Source of the DNA: Breznakia sp.
GTDB taxonomy: Bacteria; Bacillota_I; Bacilli_A; Erysipelotrichales; Erysipelotrichaceae
DNA length: 64,000 bases
Reading direction: 5' to 3'
Assembly: GCA_045134375.1 (NCBI GenBank)
Contig: JBGUVL010000012.1
Location: 2,845-66,844 of the forward strand
The notes beneath the pieces were generated by a model, which saw nothing but the letters and a program-made list of their open reading frames with translations, made no database searches and had not been told where the DNA came from. Positions within the stretch are counted from its first letter, which is position 1. Every line of letters starts with the position of its first letter. This document shows, one piece after another, positions 1-9,160 of the stretch. The position numbers and the translations under genes were made by a program.

Positions 1-757
1 TGGCAAATGCTAAAACATACCAATCTTGAAAGCGCATCTTCAACTGCTTATAGCGTGTACGCTTTTGATCTGGCACATATCCCCTTGCTTCCATCGCATA
101 AGCAAGTTCCTCCGCTCTTTGAAATGCAGAGATGAACAATGGCACAATCAAAGATAAAATACTCATGATTTTTTCTTTAAAAGAACCATTTTCCAAATCG
201 ACTCCTCGACTTGCCTGTGCCTTCATGATTCTTTGTGTTTCCTCAATTAAGGTAGGAATAAACCGAAGTGCAATGGAAATCATCATCGCAATTTCATGAG
301 CAGGAACCCCGATTTTCTTAAATGGAATCAACAAATCTTCAATTCCTAATGTCAAATCCAACGGCTTTGTTGTCGCTGTTAAAATCGTTGTAATCGTCAC
401 CATAAACAATAAACGAATAACAATGTACAATGTCTGATGAATCGCATCACTATAAATCTGTAAACCAAAAATCGTTGTCCATAGATCCCCGGTTTTGATC
501 ACAAGTATATTAACGATCAATAGGAATACCATCATAAACAACATTGGCTTCATTGCTTTCCAAACATATCGGAAATTCAATTTCGAAAGATATAAGCAAT
601 CCGCTACGACAAGAGCTAATATCGCATAGCCAACCCAACCTGCAGGAATAAATATCGCTATGATCAAAAACAGCATCCCCATGATCTTAGCGCGAGGATC
701 TAATTTATGAAAGGTAGAGTTTAAAGGGACATAGCTTCCTAAAATCATACTATCCAT
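1..757 (-). CDS. ecfT: ECF transporter transmembrane subunit EcfT (partial, C-terminus beyond window start)
   Basis: Not in ORF track because there is no stop in the window. Minus-strand ATG at 755-757 overlaps the ecfA2 stop. Translation MDSMILGSYVPLNSTFHKLDPRAKI...ARGY...RTRYKQL is EcfT-like and follows ecfA1-ecfA2. Confidence 0.8.
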   Translation of the reverse strand, partial: MDSMILGSYVPLNSTFHKLDPRAKIMGMLFLIIAIFIPAGWVGYAILALVVADCLYLSKLNFRYVWKAMKPMLFMMVFLLIVNILVIKTGDLWTTIFGLQIYSDAIHQTLYIVIRLLFMVTITTILTATTKPLDLTLGIEDLLIPFKKIGVPAHEIAMMISIALRFIPTLIEETQRIMKAQASRGVDLENGSFKEKIMSILSLIVPLFISAFQRAEELAYAMEARGYVPDQKRTRYKQLKMRFQDWYVLAFA

Positions 758-1613
758 GCTGTTTCACCTCATTTTCTATTGCTTTTACTAAGGTTTCTAT
801 GGAGGTGATGGAACCTTGCAATACCATACCTTTTTCTTCTAATTGCTGTTTCACACGAATCACAGCCGGTGGTGTAATATTCATTTCATGCAATAGCTTA
901 TCATTTTGAAAAAACGCTTCACTGCTGCATTTTGTCTTCACCCGACCATGTTCTAATACGATGACCTCTTCACAATAATTCATCACATGTTCCATATCAT
1001 GAGTAACCATGATAATGGTTTTACCCATCTCCTGATTTAAACGCAAAAAGAGTCCCATCATTTCCTTTGCACCTTGTGGATCTAATCCAGCCGTTGGTTC
1101 ATCGAGTACTAAAATATCTGGATCGGCTGCTAATATCCCAGCGATCGCAACTCTTCGTTTTTGCCCACCTGACAAATCAAAAGGAGAACGTTCTAAATAG
1201 CTTTGATCGATACCGACAATTTCCAAAGCCTTTTTTGCTCGCTGAATGGCTTCCTCCTCACTTAATCCAAAGTTTTTTGGTCCAAAACTAACATCTTTCA
1301 ATATCGTTTCTTCAAATAACTGGTATTCAGGAAACTGGAAAACCAATCCTACTTTCTTACGCAGTTGTTTTAAGTTTTTATTTTCTTTTTTATTCGCACC
1401 AACGCTAAATTCATCTACTGTTACCGTCCCCTCAGTTGGTAACAATAAAGCATTTAAATGCTGTACCAAGGTACTTTTTCCACTTCCCGTCTCGCCAATC
1501 ACTGCGGTAAAGATTCCCTCTTTAATTTCTAGATTAATTTCATGCAATGCAACATATGGAAATGGGGAAGAGGCATTGTAGATGTGACTTAATTCTTTGA
1601 ATTCAATTGGCAT
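750..1613 (-). CDS. ecfA2: ECF transporter ATPase EcfA2
   Basis: Walker A GETGSGKST, signature LSGGQKRR, Walker B ILVLDEPT. Second ATPase of the ecfA1-ecfA2-ecfT triad. Confidence 0.9.
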   Translation of the reverse strand: MPIEFKELSHIYNASSPFPYVALHEINLEIKEGIFTAVIGETGSGKSTLVQHLNALLLPTEGTVTVDEFSVGANKKENKNLKQLRKKVGLVFQFPEYQLFEETILKDVSFGPKNFGLSEEEAIQRAKKALEIVGIDQSYLERSPFDLSGGQKRRVAIAGILAADPDILVLDEPTAGLDPQGAKEMMGLFLRLNQEMGKTIIMVTHDMEHVMNYCEEVIVLEHGRVKTKCSSEAFFQNDKLLHEMNITPPAVIRVKQQLEEKGMVLQGSITSIETLVKAIENEVKQHG

Positions 1614-2416
1614 AATTCTTCCACTATCCCTTCTATCGTTATCTTTTTACTCACTTCAATTCCGTGATCGGCAAGTTGCTTTTGCAGCTTTAATGCAAAT
1701 GGTACATCCAATTTACTTTCCACTAACGCTTCTTCTCTCAACAATATTTCTTCTGGTTTTCCCTGCATTTTTACTTTTCCATCATCTAGTACAATAGCAT
1801 AATCACTACGTGTCACTTCTTCCATATCATGGGTAATGGAAATAATGGTTAAATTACGGTCTTTATGAAGTTCTTCAATCAAAGCGTTAATTTCTCTTTT
1901 TCCCTTTGGATCCAGCATACTGGTTGCTTCATCTAAAATAATGATGTTAAGTTTCATTGCCAAAACCCCTGCAATTGCCACACGCTGCTTCTGCCCGCCG
2001 GATAGTTTTGTTGGTTCACTATTTAAAAAATCTTGCATTCCAACTTTTGATGCAAACTCTTCAATGAGCGATTGCATCTCTTCTGTTGGCACTTGATGAT
2101 TTTCTAAGCCGAATGCGATATCATCCGCTACCGTTGATCCAATGAACTGGTTATCCGGATTTTGAAACACGACACCAACTTGTTCACGTATCGCATAAAC
2201 ATGTTCTTCATCTAAAGGCATACCAGCAATTTCAATACTTCCTTGTTTGGCCTCTAACAAGCCAATCAACAGTTTTGCTAAGGTACTTTTCCCACTGCCA
2301 TTATGTCCAATGATAGTAGTGTAACTTCCCTCTTCAATTGAAAAAGAAACATGATTCACAGCAAAATCACTATCGTTATAAGAAAAACATAAATCGTTTA
2401 CATTTATGATACTCAT
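1589..2416 (-). CDS. ecfA1: ECF transporter ATPase EcfA1
   Basis: Walker A GHNGSGKST, LSGGQKQR, IIILDEAT. Overlaps ecfA2 by 25 nt. Confidence 0.9.
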   Translation of the reverse strand: MSIINVNDLCFSYNDSDFAVNHVSFSIEEGSYTTIIGHNGSGKSTLAKLLIGLLEAKQGSIEIAGMPLDEEHVYAIREQVGVVFQNPDNQFIGSTVADDIAFGLENHQVPTEEMQSLIEEFASKVGMQDFLNSEPTKLSGGQKQRVAIAGVLAMKLNIIILDEATSMLDPKGKREINALIEELHKDRNLTIISITHDMEEVTRSDYAIVLDDGKVKMQGKPEEILLREEALVESKLDVPFALKLQKQLADHGIEVSKKITIEGIVEELCQLNSKN

Positions 2417-2499
2417 ATTCTCACCTCAAAACTTTTTTTATTATACTATGAAACCAGTATTTAAACAATGTTTGACTCTAAAAAAGTGTCAAGACACAT

Positions 2500-2524
2500 A
2501 AAAAAAGGAAGGTTTTCCTTCCCT
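2500..2524 (-). terminator. Rho-independent terminator
   Basis: Minus strand reads AGGGAAGG-aaaa-CCTTCC followed by a T7 run, directly after the stop of the 41-aa ORF. Confidence 0.6.
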
Positions 2525-2650
2525 TTAACGCAAATTCAAAAGTAGTACCCAAAGTAATAATAAAGCCACTGCTACAACAAGACGAACCATTGGTTCTCCT
2601 TTATGTTCTTCATAATAATCCAATGGATTCATTCTTTTTTTCTTTTTCAT
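2525..2650 (-). CDS. Small membrane protein, 41 aa (basic N-terminus plus one TM helix)
   Basis: Below the ORF-track size cut-off. ATG at 2648-2650 preceded by GTGAGGAG. Translation MKKKKRMNPLDYYEEHKGEPMVRLVVAVALLLLWVLLLNLR. Immediately follows the stop of the 175-aa ORF and precedes a terminator. Confidence 0.35.
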   Translation of the reverse strand: MKKKKRMNPLDYYEEHKGEPMVRLVVAVALLLLWVLLLNLR

Positions 2651-2668
2651 CTTATGTTTTCTCCTCAC

Positions 2669-3196
2669 TTATTTTAAGATCCAATTCACATAAGTTCCTT
2701 GGTATTCTTTCGCTAAATCAGCTAAATAGAATATTTTACTTAAGATAACATCACTTTCCGAACGAATGATATTAAGAACTAATAATTCATTCGAATTAGC
2801 ACCTGTGGTAACAACATAACCTTCATTGATCACACAACTTTTAAAACGCTCTAATGCTTTCTCTTCTTCAAATCGAATGGTATGCTGTAAAGGACGCTCT
2901 TTATGTTCTTCCAATTGGTCCAACGCTTCTAAACGTTCTTCACTTATTTCATTTAAATGTTCCATGTCTTCTTTACTTAAATGAGGAAAGGATACCGTTT
3001 TGGTCGATGCTTCTGTTAAGAAATCCTCTTTCTCAATAGTATCTTCATTAATTTGTTGTACCGAATGAAGGATGCATTCATCTTGGTTATTCTCTTCCAC
3101 GATTTCGTTATTCTTTTTTTCCTCTTGTTTCAGTTTATATGCAAGCAACGCTGCTGCACTCCCTAGTACTGCAATTACTCCTAACACTTTTTTCAT
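2669..3196 (-). CDS. Hypothetical membrane-anchored protein with a possible RraB-like C-terminal domain
   Basis: N-terminal TM MKKVLGVIAVLGSAAALLAY and an acidic linker. The C-terminal ~90 aa (…HTIRFEEEKALERFKSCVINEGYVV…YQGTYVNW) resembles the RraB/YjgD fold family by eye only. Confidence 0.5.
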   Translation of the reverse strand: MKKVLGVIAVLGSAAALLAYKLKQEEKKNNEIVEENNQDECILHSVQQINEDTIEKEDFLTEASTKTVSFPHLSKEDMEHLNEISEERLEALDQLEEHKERPLQHTIRFEEEKALERFKSCVINEGYVVTTGANSNELLVLNIIRSESDVILSKIFYLADLAKEYQGTYVNWILK

Positions 3197-3255
3197 ATGA
3201 TTCCCTCCAATTTTTCTATTATTATACCACCATCGATAGAAATTATCTATGGATG

Positions 3256-3861
3256 CTAATCCGAATGCATTTCACCACATTCTTTACGACGAGAAATCGC
3301 AACACCATCCCCACAATCATAAAAGATAGTTTCAAAATATGCATTTTTCTTTAGATAGGAAATATATTTTCTTATTTTTCCAACCAATTGACGAGTATTT
3401 CGATTTCGAATCGGTTCTTTGCTTTCCACCATCCCATGAAATTTCAAATTATCGCTGACAATCATCCCATGTGGCGCTAAATTTTTTTGATAACGCTCAA
3501 AAAAACGAATGTATTGTGCTTTCGCTGCATCGATAAAGATCAAATCATAGAGTCCTTCGATTTCGGCTTCTAACGCATCTACGTGAAGCAATGTAATTCT
3601 TCCTTCCAACTGACAATGACGAACATTCTCTACCGCTTCTTGATATCGCATGTCGTCACGTTCCATCGTTACAACATGAATCTCTTTATCCATACGACAC
3701 ATCTGTATCGCTGAATAACCAATCGCACTCCCTATCTCAAGAATATTTTTACTTTGGTTTTCTTTAATTATCTTTTGGAGAAATTGAATGCCTTCCTTTT
3801 GCATAATTGGAATATCATTTTCTCTTGCATACTGTTCCATTTCTTCTAAATATTGTTCCAT
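3256..3861 (-). CDS. Class I SAM-dependent O-methyltransferase (YrrM/TrmR-like family 3)
   Basis: ILEIGSAIGYS SAM motif, YDLIFIDAAK, and size and layout typical of the O-methyltransferase family 3. Confidence 0.75.
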   Translation of the reverse strand: MEQYLEEMEQYARENDIPIMQKEGIQFLQKIIKENQSKNILEIGSAIGYSAIQMCRMDKEIHVVTMERDDMRYQEAVENVRHCQLEGRITLLHVDALEAEIEGLYDLIFIDAAKAQYIRFFERYQKNLAPHGMIVSDNLKFHGMVESKEPIRNRNTRQLVGKIRKYISYLKKNAYFETIFYDCGDGVAISRRKECGEMHSD

Positions 3862-3876
3862 TCTTTTTCTTAACCT

Positions 3877-5031
3877 CTATTTTAAAAATGCCTCATTTAT
3901 GACTTCTTCGGTTTTCGATTGGATATAATCCAAAGAAACAATGTTACCTTCAAAACCATTTAACACATGGCGGTTTGCCAATTCATCTGTATAATTTTTT
4001 AATTGATATACTTGATAATGATATCTTTCTTCTAAAATATTATTTTGATTTCCTTCAAAATGAATGATTAACGGTGTCCATACAACATTTTTAACCTGAA
4101 TTTGTTTGGTTTCTGCATTCTTTACGAAATCAAAACCAACCATACCGCTAATTGCGTTGTCTGTTGTAAGCATTCCTCCAATGAAATTTCCTAAAGAATA
4201 GACAACCAGTGTCTGATTCCCTTCTTTTCCTTCCAACCATTCAATTGGCTGAATGGTATGTGGATGCGTACCAATCACAACATCTACTCCTAAATCAGCA
4301 AATAACTGGGCATAATGTAATTGATAATCATTAGGCATAAATGTATTTTCATCTCCCCAATGAGCCGATACAATGACAACATCACTGATTTCTTTTGCTT
4401 TTGCGACATCCCGTTGAATTTTATCATCACTGAAATAAGATACATTATAAGGATTTGTAGGTTCAATTCCATTGGTTCCATACGTATAAGCTAAAAAACT
4501 AAACGTAATCCCCTTTTTTTGAAAAGTAGGAATACGATCGTACTCATCCTGAGAGGTATAGACACCATTCGTCACTATTTTTGTTTTCGAAAATGCGGCT
4601 AACTCATTGACAATTCCAGTCTCATATTTATCCAAGCAATGATTGGTTGCCAAATTGACTAGATTGAACCCAGTATCCTCTAAGTTTTTAGCAATCTCGG
4701 TTGGAGAATTAAAGGTAGGATATCCAGATAATCCTAACTCACTTCCTCCTAATACCGTTTCTTGATTTATAAAAGCAATATCTGCTTTTTTCACTAACTT
4801 TTTTACATCGGCATACATTTTGGTAAAATCATAACTGCCATCTTCTTTTTGTGCATCTTCATAAACGGTTTCATGTATTAAATTATCACCAACACCAACA
4901 AAAGATACAACGGTATCCTGTTTTTTATCCTCTTTTGGTTGACTTGGATCTTGTGTCGTTGAACCACATGCCGTTACGAAAAAAACGCACAATAAAATGA
5001 TTACTATCTTGTTTATGTTATTTTGCCCCAT
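3877..5031 (-). CDS. CapA-family (PGA_cap metallophosphatase-like) lipoprotein
   Basis: Lipobox VFFVTAC, VGVGDNLIH, and CapA-like motifs throughout. Start trimmed to the ATG at 5029-5031 behind GGAGGA. Confidence 0.8.
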   Translation of the reverse strand: MGQNNINKIVIILLCVFFVTACGSTTQDPSQPKEDKKQDTVVSFVGVGDNLIHETVYEDAQKEDGSYDFTKMYADVKKLVKKADIAFINQETVLGGSELGLSGYPTFNSPTEIAKNLEDTGFNLVNLATNHCLDKYETGIVNELAAFSKTKIVTNGVYTSQDEYDRIPTFQKKGITFSFLAYTYGTNGIEPTNPYNVSYFSDDKIQRDVAKAKEISDVVIVSAHWGDENTFMPNDYQLHYAQLFADLGVDVVIGTHPHTIQPIEWLEGKEGNQTLVVYSLGNFIGGMLTTDNAISGMVGFDFVKNAETKQIQVKNVVWTPLIIHFEGNQNNILEERYHYQVYQLKNYTDELANRHVLNGFEGNIVSLDYIQSKTEEVINEAFLK

Positions 5032-6004
5032 AATATTCCTCCAGTGTCCAATGATTCTCATAAATTGTTTTCGCTGCCTCCTTTCCTACATAGCGAATAT
5101 GCCAACTTTCATATCCGTATTGTGTAATCTTTTGCTTATCCTCTGGATAACGTAAGATAAAACCATACTGATGCATATTCTTTAAAATCCAATCATACCC
5201 TTCATAATTCTCAATTTCATTGTAGTTATGATCGTTAAAAGTAATGTCCACAGCTAGTCCACTGTTATGTTCACTTTGCCCAGGACGAGCATAATAGGCG
5301 TCCGCATATTCCATTCCATAAATGTCTTTATTATAGTTATATAATGATGCTTGGTATTCATAACTTCGATACGTCGCAATCGCAACGATTGTAATATTTT
5401 CTTTTTGCGCTGCTTCGACAAAAGATTCATACGCTTTTGCAGCTTCTTTTCTTAACTGCATACGTTGCATTGTGGAACAGGAAAAATGCTTTCCTTGTTC
5501 ACATACATAATTAACATCAACTAAATCATCGGGTACATAACCTTCTGGCAATGCATAATATTTATTTACCAGCAATGTTAAATCAGAATCATCTTCAATC
5601 ACATTTGTCGTAGAATACGGCTCTAAATCAAGATTCATATTCACCGCCATGACTTTATCTGGAATATTGTCTGCCTCATAAGCTAAATAGCGAGATACCT
5701 TATCCCCATGAAAATTAGAAAGATCCAGATATTCTTGCACCTCTTTTAACGAAAGATTTGCATCGAGTAATTCATTGACTCCTTCACTCTTTTTAATGAG
5801 TAATCCACAATAAGATGAAACATGTGATTTTTCTATTGCATTTGCTTTTATCATTACTTTAACACTATCCGTGTTTTCACAATGATCCATAGCTTCCTCA
5901 TATGCATTTTGCTGTTTTAATACTTCGATTTCCTCATCTGTATAAACACTTCCTGCTTTGCAAGCACAAATCAAAAGCACAACCACTAGTAACCATTTTT
6001 TCAT
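5018..6004 (-). CDS. VanY/M15B D-alanyl-D-alanine carboxypeptidase lipoprotein
   Basis: Lipobox LLICAC plus SEHNSGLAVDI and ESWHIRYVG zinc-peptidase motifs. Start trimmed to MKKWLL at 6004. Confidence 0.8.
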   Translation of the reverse strand: MKKWLLVVVLLICACKAGSVYTDEEIEVLKQQNAYEEAMDHCENTDSVKVMIKANAIEKSHVSSYCGLLIKKSEGVNELLDANLSLKEVQEYLDLSNFHGDKVSRYLAYEADNIPDKVMAVNMNLDLEPYSTTNVIEDDSDLTLLVNKYYALPEGYVPDDLVDVNYVCEQGKHFSCSTMQRMQLRKEAAKAYESFVEAAQKENITIVAIATYRSYEYQASLYNYNKDIYGMEYADAYYARPGQSEHNSGLAVDITFNDHNYNEIENYEGYDWILKNMHQYGFILRYPEDKQKITQYGYESWHIRYVGKEAAKTIYENHWTLEEYYGAK

Positions 6005-6103
6005 CAAATCATCCTCTCTTGTATAGTATAACACAAAACAAGTGGAATATCTGAATTCCCGACAAAAGAAAAGCCACCCTCATAGGATGACTTTCCAAAG
6101 CTT

Positions 6104-6865
6104 TTATTTACCAAAATATTTCGCAATCAGTTTATCCATTTCACCGTTATCAATCATTTCCTGAATTGCCGCATTAAACTGATTTTTTAATTCATCGTTA
6201 TCTTTTGCAAATACCATAGCGTTTCCTGCTAATTCAGCACCAGCTTCTAGTTTATAAGATACAAAATTCTCATTTTTCGCCATTAATTCTTCTGCGACTG
6301 CTTTTTCTACTACCATACATTCAATTACACCTTTATTCATTTCAATAGCCAAATCAGAATAGTTCTTTCTCTTATCCAATGTTAGTTCATATTCATCGCT
6401 AAGTTCATCCAACACGGCTTCCTGAATCGTTCCCATCTGTGTACCAACTTTTTTTCCTTTCAAATCAGCCGTTGTTGTCATACCACTATCTTTTAATGTT
6501 AATACATAGTTTTGTGCATCTTCTCCTGCATAATAAATATCAGAGAAATCAACTTTTTCTGCACGTTCTTTGGTATAGGTAATACCTGCCATTCCAATAT
6601 CTGCTTTTCCCTGTTTTACGGATTCAATGATCGCATCAAAATCCACGTCTTGCCATTCTACTTCATAACCAGCTATTTCTGCCGCTTTGTTCATTACATC
6701 AATGTCAAAACCATACAGATTTCCATCTTCATCTACTTCTTCGTATGGAGGATATCCAGAGTTTGTCATTACGACTACCTTTTTACTATCCTCTCCCTTG
6801 CTTCCGCATGCTACCAATGTACATGCCATCAGTAACCCTAAACACATCATCATTAACTTTTTCAT
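6104..6865 (-). CDS. Polar amino acid ABC transporter substrate-binding lipoprotein (family 3)
   Basis: Lipobox TLVACGS and an SBP_bac_3-like sequence. Third gene of the permease-ATPase-SBP operon. Confidence 0.85.
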   Translation of the reverse strand: MKKLMMMCLGLLMACTLVACGSKGEDSKKVVVMTNSGYPPYEEVDEDGNLYGFDIDVMNKAAEIAGYEVEWQDVDFDAIIESVKQGKADIGMAGITYTKERAEKVDFSDIYYAGEDAQNYVLTLKDSGMTTTADLKGKKVGTQMGTIQEAVLDELSDEYELTLDKRKNYSDLAIEMNKGVIECMVVEKAVAEELMAKNENFVSYKLEAGAELAGNAMVFAKDNDELKNQFNAAIQEMIDNGEMDKLIAKYFGK

Positions 6866-6882
6866 TTCTATTTCCTCCCTAG

Positions 6883-7608
6883 TTAAATCATATTTGACAG
6901 AAATTCTCTTGCTCTTTCACTCTTTGGTTGTGCGAAGAATTCCTTTGCGTCCGTACATTCTACAATATTTCCTTGATCCATATAAATGACATAATCGGCT
7001 ACCTGTTTTGCGAAATTCATCTCATGCGTAACCACGATCATCGTCATTCCAGTATGGTTCAAATCTTGCAATACTTTCAAAACTTCACTTGTCATTTCCG
7101 GATCTAAAGCACTTGTTGGTTCATCAAACAACAGTACTTCCGGTTCCATTGCCAATGCTCTAGCAATGGCACATCGCTGTTTTTCCCCACCACTCATCTG
7201 GTGTGGATAAGCATTGATTCGATGACCCAATCCCACCTTTTCTAACAGAGCTTTTCCTTTTTCTTCCGCTTCTACTTGTTTCATCTTCTTCACTTTTTTC
7301 AATGCGTATGTGACATTATCTAATGCAATCATATGCTCAAACAAATTAAAATTCTGAAAAACCATACCCACCTTTTCCCGAATCTTCGTCAAATCGGTTT
7401 TCGGGTCATTGATTTTTATATCATTATAATAGATGCTGCCACTGGTAGGCTCTTCCAACAAATTCAAACAGCGGATAAAAGTAGATTTTCCTCCTCCACT
7501 GGAACCAATAATAGCATATGTCTTTGCATCTTCAAAAGTAAAGTTGATATCAAAGAGCACCTTTACCTCAGATCCATATTCTTTATATAGATTCTCTACT
7601 CTAATCAT
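6883..7608 (-). CDS. Polar amino acid ABC transporter ATP-binding protein
   Basis: GSSGGGKST, MSGGEKQR, LLFDEPTSALD. GlnQ/ArtP-like. Confidence 0.9.
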   Translation of the reverse strand: MIRVENLYKEYGSEVKVLFDINFTFEDAKTYAIIGSSGGGKSTFIRCLNLLEEPTSGSIYYNDIKINDPKTDLTKIREKVGMVFQNFNLFEHMIALDNVTYALKKVKKMKQVEAEEKGKALLEKVGLGHRINAYPHQMSGGEKQRCAIARALAMEPEVLLFDEPTSALDPEMTSEVLKVLQDLNHTGMTMIVVTHEMNFAKQVADYVIYMDQGNIVECTDAKEFFAQPKSERAREFLSNMI

Positions 7609-8260
7609 AACTCAGCTTCCTCTCGATCTTTTTCCCTAAGATACTTAACACTTTGTTCATTAAATAATAAACAATAAATACAATCAATAGAGGTTCAAAA
7701 CTAGCATACGTTTGATTCTTAACTGCCGTATACCAATACATCATATCATGTAATCCAACAATAGAAATAATCGAAGTTTCTTTCGTCAATGTAATGAACT
7801 CATTGACAACAGCAGGCAATACATTTCGAAACGCTTGTGGAACAATGATATCCTTCGCAATATCCGCATTTTTTACCCCTAAGGCTTTGGCTGCTTCAAT
7901 TTGCCCTTTATCAATCGCTTCAATACCAGCACGTATGATTTCGGATAGATAGGATCCTGAATTCAATGAGAATACGATAAAACAGGAAGTCCATGGGCTA
8001 ATGGTTCGCAGAGCTGGAATCAAACTAGGCAATCCAAAATAAAAGAAAAACATCTGTACATATACCGGAGTTCCTCGAAATAAATCAACATATACAGCAA
8101 CAATTGCTTCGCCTATTTTACTTGTTTTTCTAAGAAATACACTGAATAATCCAATTAATGTACCTAAGCAAGCACATACTAATGATAATATGATGATAAC
8201 AGGAACACCACTCAGAATTAATCTCCAAAAACGATAAATGATCGTGATATCAAAATTCAT
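7601..8260 (-). CDS. Polar amino acid ABC transporter permease
   Basis: HisM/GlnP-type permease with an EAA-like loop (IEAAKALGV). Confidence 0.9.
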   Translation of the reverse strand: MNFDITIIYRFWRLILSGVPVIIILSLVCACLGTLIGLFSVFLRKTSKIGEAIVAVYVDLFRGTPVYVQMFFFYFGLPSLIPALRTISPWTSCFIVFSLNSGSYLSEIIRAGIEAIDKGQIEAAKALGVKNADIAKDIIVPQAFRNVLPAVVNEFITLTKETSIISIVGLHDMMYWYTAVKNQTYASFEPLLIVFIVYYLMNKVLSILGKKIERKLSYD

Positions 8261-8276
8261 TATTTATCCTCCTTAT

Positions 8277-8522
8277 AAAAAAAGTCATCCTCACATACAA
8301 GGACGACTTTGTCGCGGTACCACTCTTGTTTCTGATTCCTCTTTTACAATTCCTCAGCACTCTCATTCCTTAACGCGGAATATAACGAAAATTCCTCAGC
8401 ACCCTTCGAAATTTTTGCTCCCAGACACGTTCACTCTTCTATCCTTATGACTTTCCACCAAACAGCCACTCTCTATCAATTCAGAATAAGTTACTACTTC
8501 TGTTCAACACAATCTTTATGAA
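8277..8522 (-). promoter_or_regulatory. T-box leader (putative specifier CGU, Arg) with terminator/antiterminator
   Basis: On the minus strand: AGAGAG bulge, GGTGGAAAG distal-loop motif, GAA-CGU-G followed by ...GAGCA, T-box core AGAGTGGTACCGCGAC, then hairpin GTCGTCCTTG...GAGGATGAC and a T7 run just upstream of the permease RBS. Confidence 0.75.
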
Positions 8523-8529
8523 TGACTAG

Positions 8530-8558
8530 ATTATAATACAGAGAAATCCAATAATCAA
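8530..8558 (-). promoter_or_regulatory. Sigma-A-type promoter for the T-box/ABC operon
   Basis: Minus strand has TTGATT, a 17-nt spacer, then TATAAT. Confidence 0.45.
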
Positions 8559-8594
8559 GCAATATTTTCATTAATTAATGAAATATTTTCAATT

Positions 8595-9152
8595 TCAAAA
8601 CAAGCTCATTTGCTGCCGCTTACTGACGGCTTCAATCAGTAATTCTTGATTATCTACTTTTGGCCAAAGATTTCCCTGAACATAGCTTATCATCCTCTTT
8701 TCATCCATTAGAAGCGGTGTTCGATGATGGATGTTTTTCATTTCATTTTCGGATTCACCAGTTAGGATAACCACTTCATTCCCCATACAAAGAGCCGCTA
8801 AATATAGCGAATTATAGGGTTTATGTATATAGTACTTCTCTTTATGATCGGGATATTTTTTCCATTCATAAAATCCATTACAAAGAATCGCGCAGCGTTT
8901 CATTTTAGCAAATAATGGTTTCGTTGAAGCCGTTTCACTTCGAGCATTGATTAGTAAATGATCTTTTCTCTCCAATCCCCATTTTTTACTCTGCAACACG
9001 AACTCTTCTTGTTCTTTAACAATTACCAATATTGGTTCCCCAGGATAGACTTCTCCTTTTGCATACGCAAGAGAAGAACATTGTTTTTTTAATTTATCGA
9101 TGAATGGAGAACCATCCATTTTATTCATTTCAAAATAATATCGTCCACACAT
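8595..9152 (-). CDS. SOS-response-associated peptidase (SRAP/YedK family, abasic-site processing)
   Basis: Starts MCGRYYF, with the catalytic Cys2 hallmark. SRAP-like throughout, though somewhat short at 185 aa. Confidence 0.8.
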   Translation of the reverse strand: MCGRYYFEMNKMDGSPFIDKLKKQCSSLAYAKGEVYPGEPILVIVKEQEEFVLQSKKWGLERKDHLLINARSETASTKPLFAKMKRCAILCNGFYEWKKYPDHKEKYYIHKPYNSLYLAALCMGNEVVILTGESENEMKNIHHRTPLLMDEKRMISYVQGNLWPKVDNQELLIEAVSKRQQMSLF

Positions 9153-9160
9153 AACGACCC

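Noticed and set aside
8567-8582. Perfect 16-bp AT-only palindrome TTCATTAATTAATGAA just after the SRAP stop, flanked by ATATTTTCA direct repeats.
   Set aside because: Most simply this is a weak terminator or stem between the SRAP gene and the next promoter. Pure-AT palindromes of this size are expected in such AT-rich spacers.
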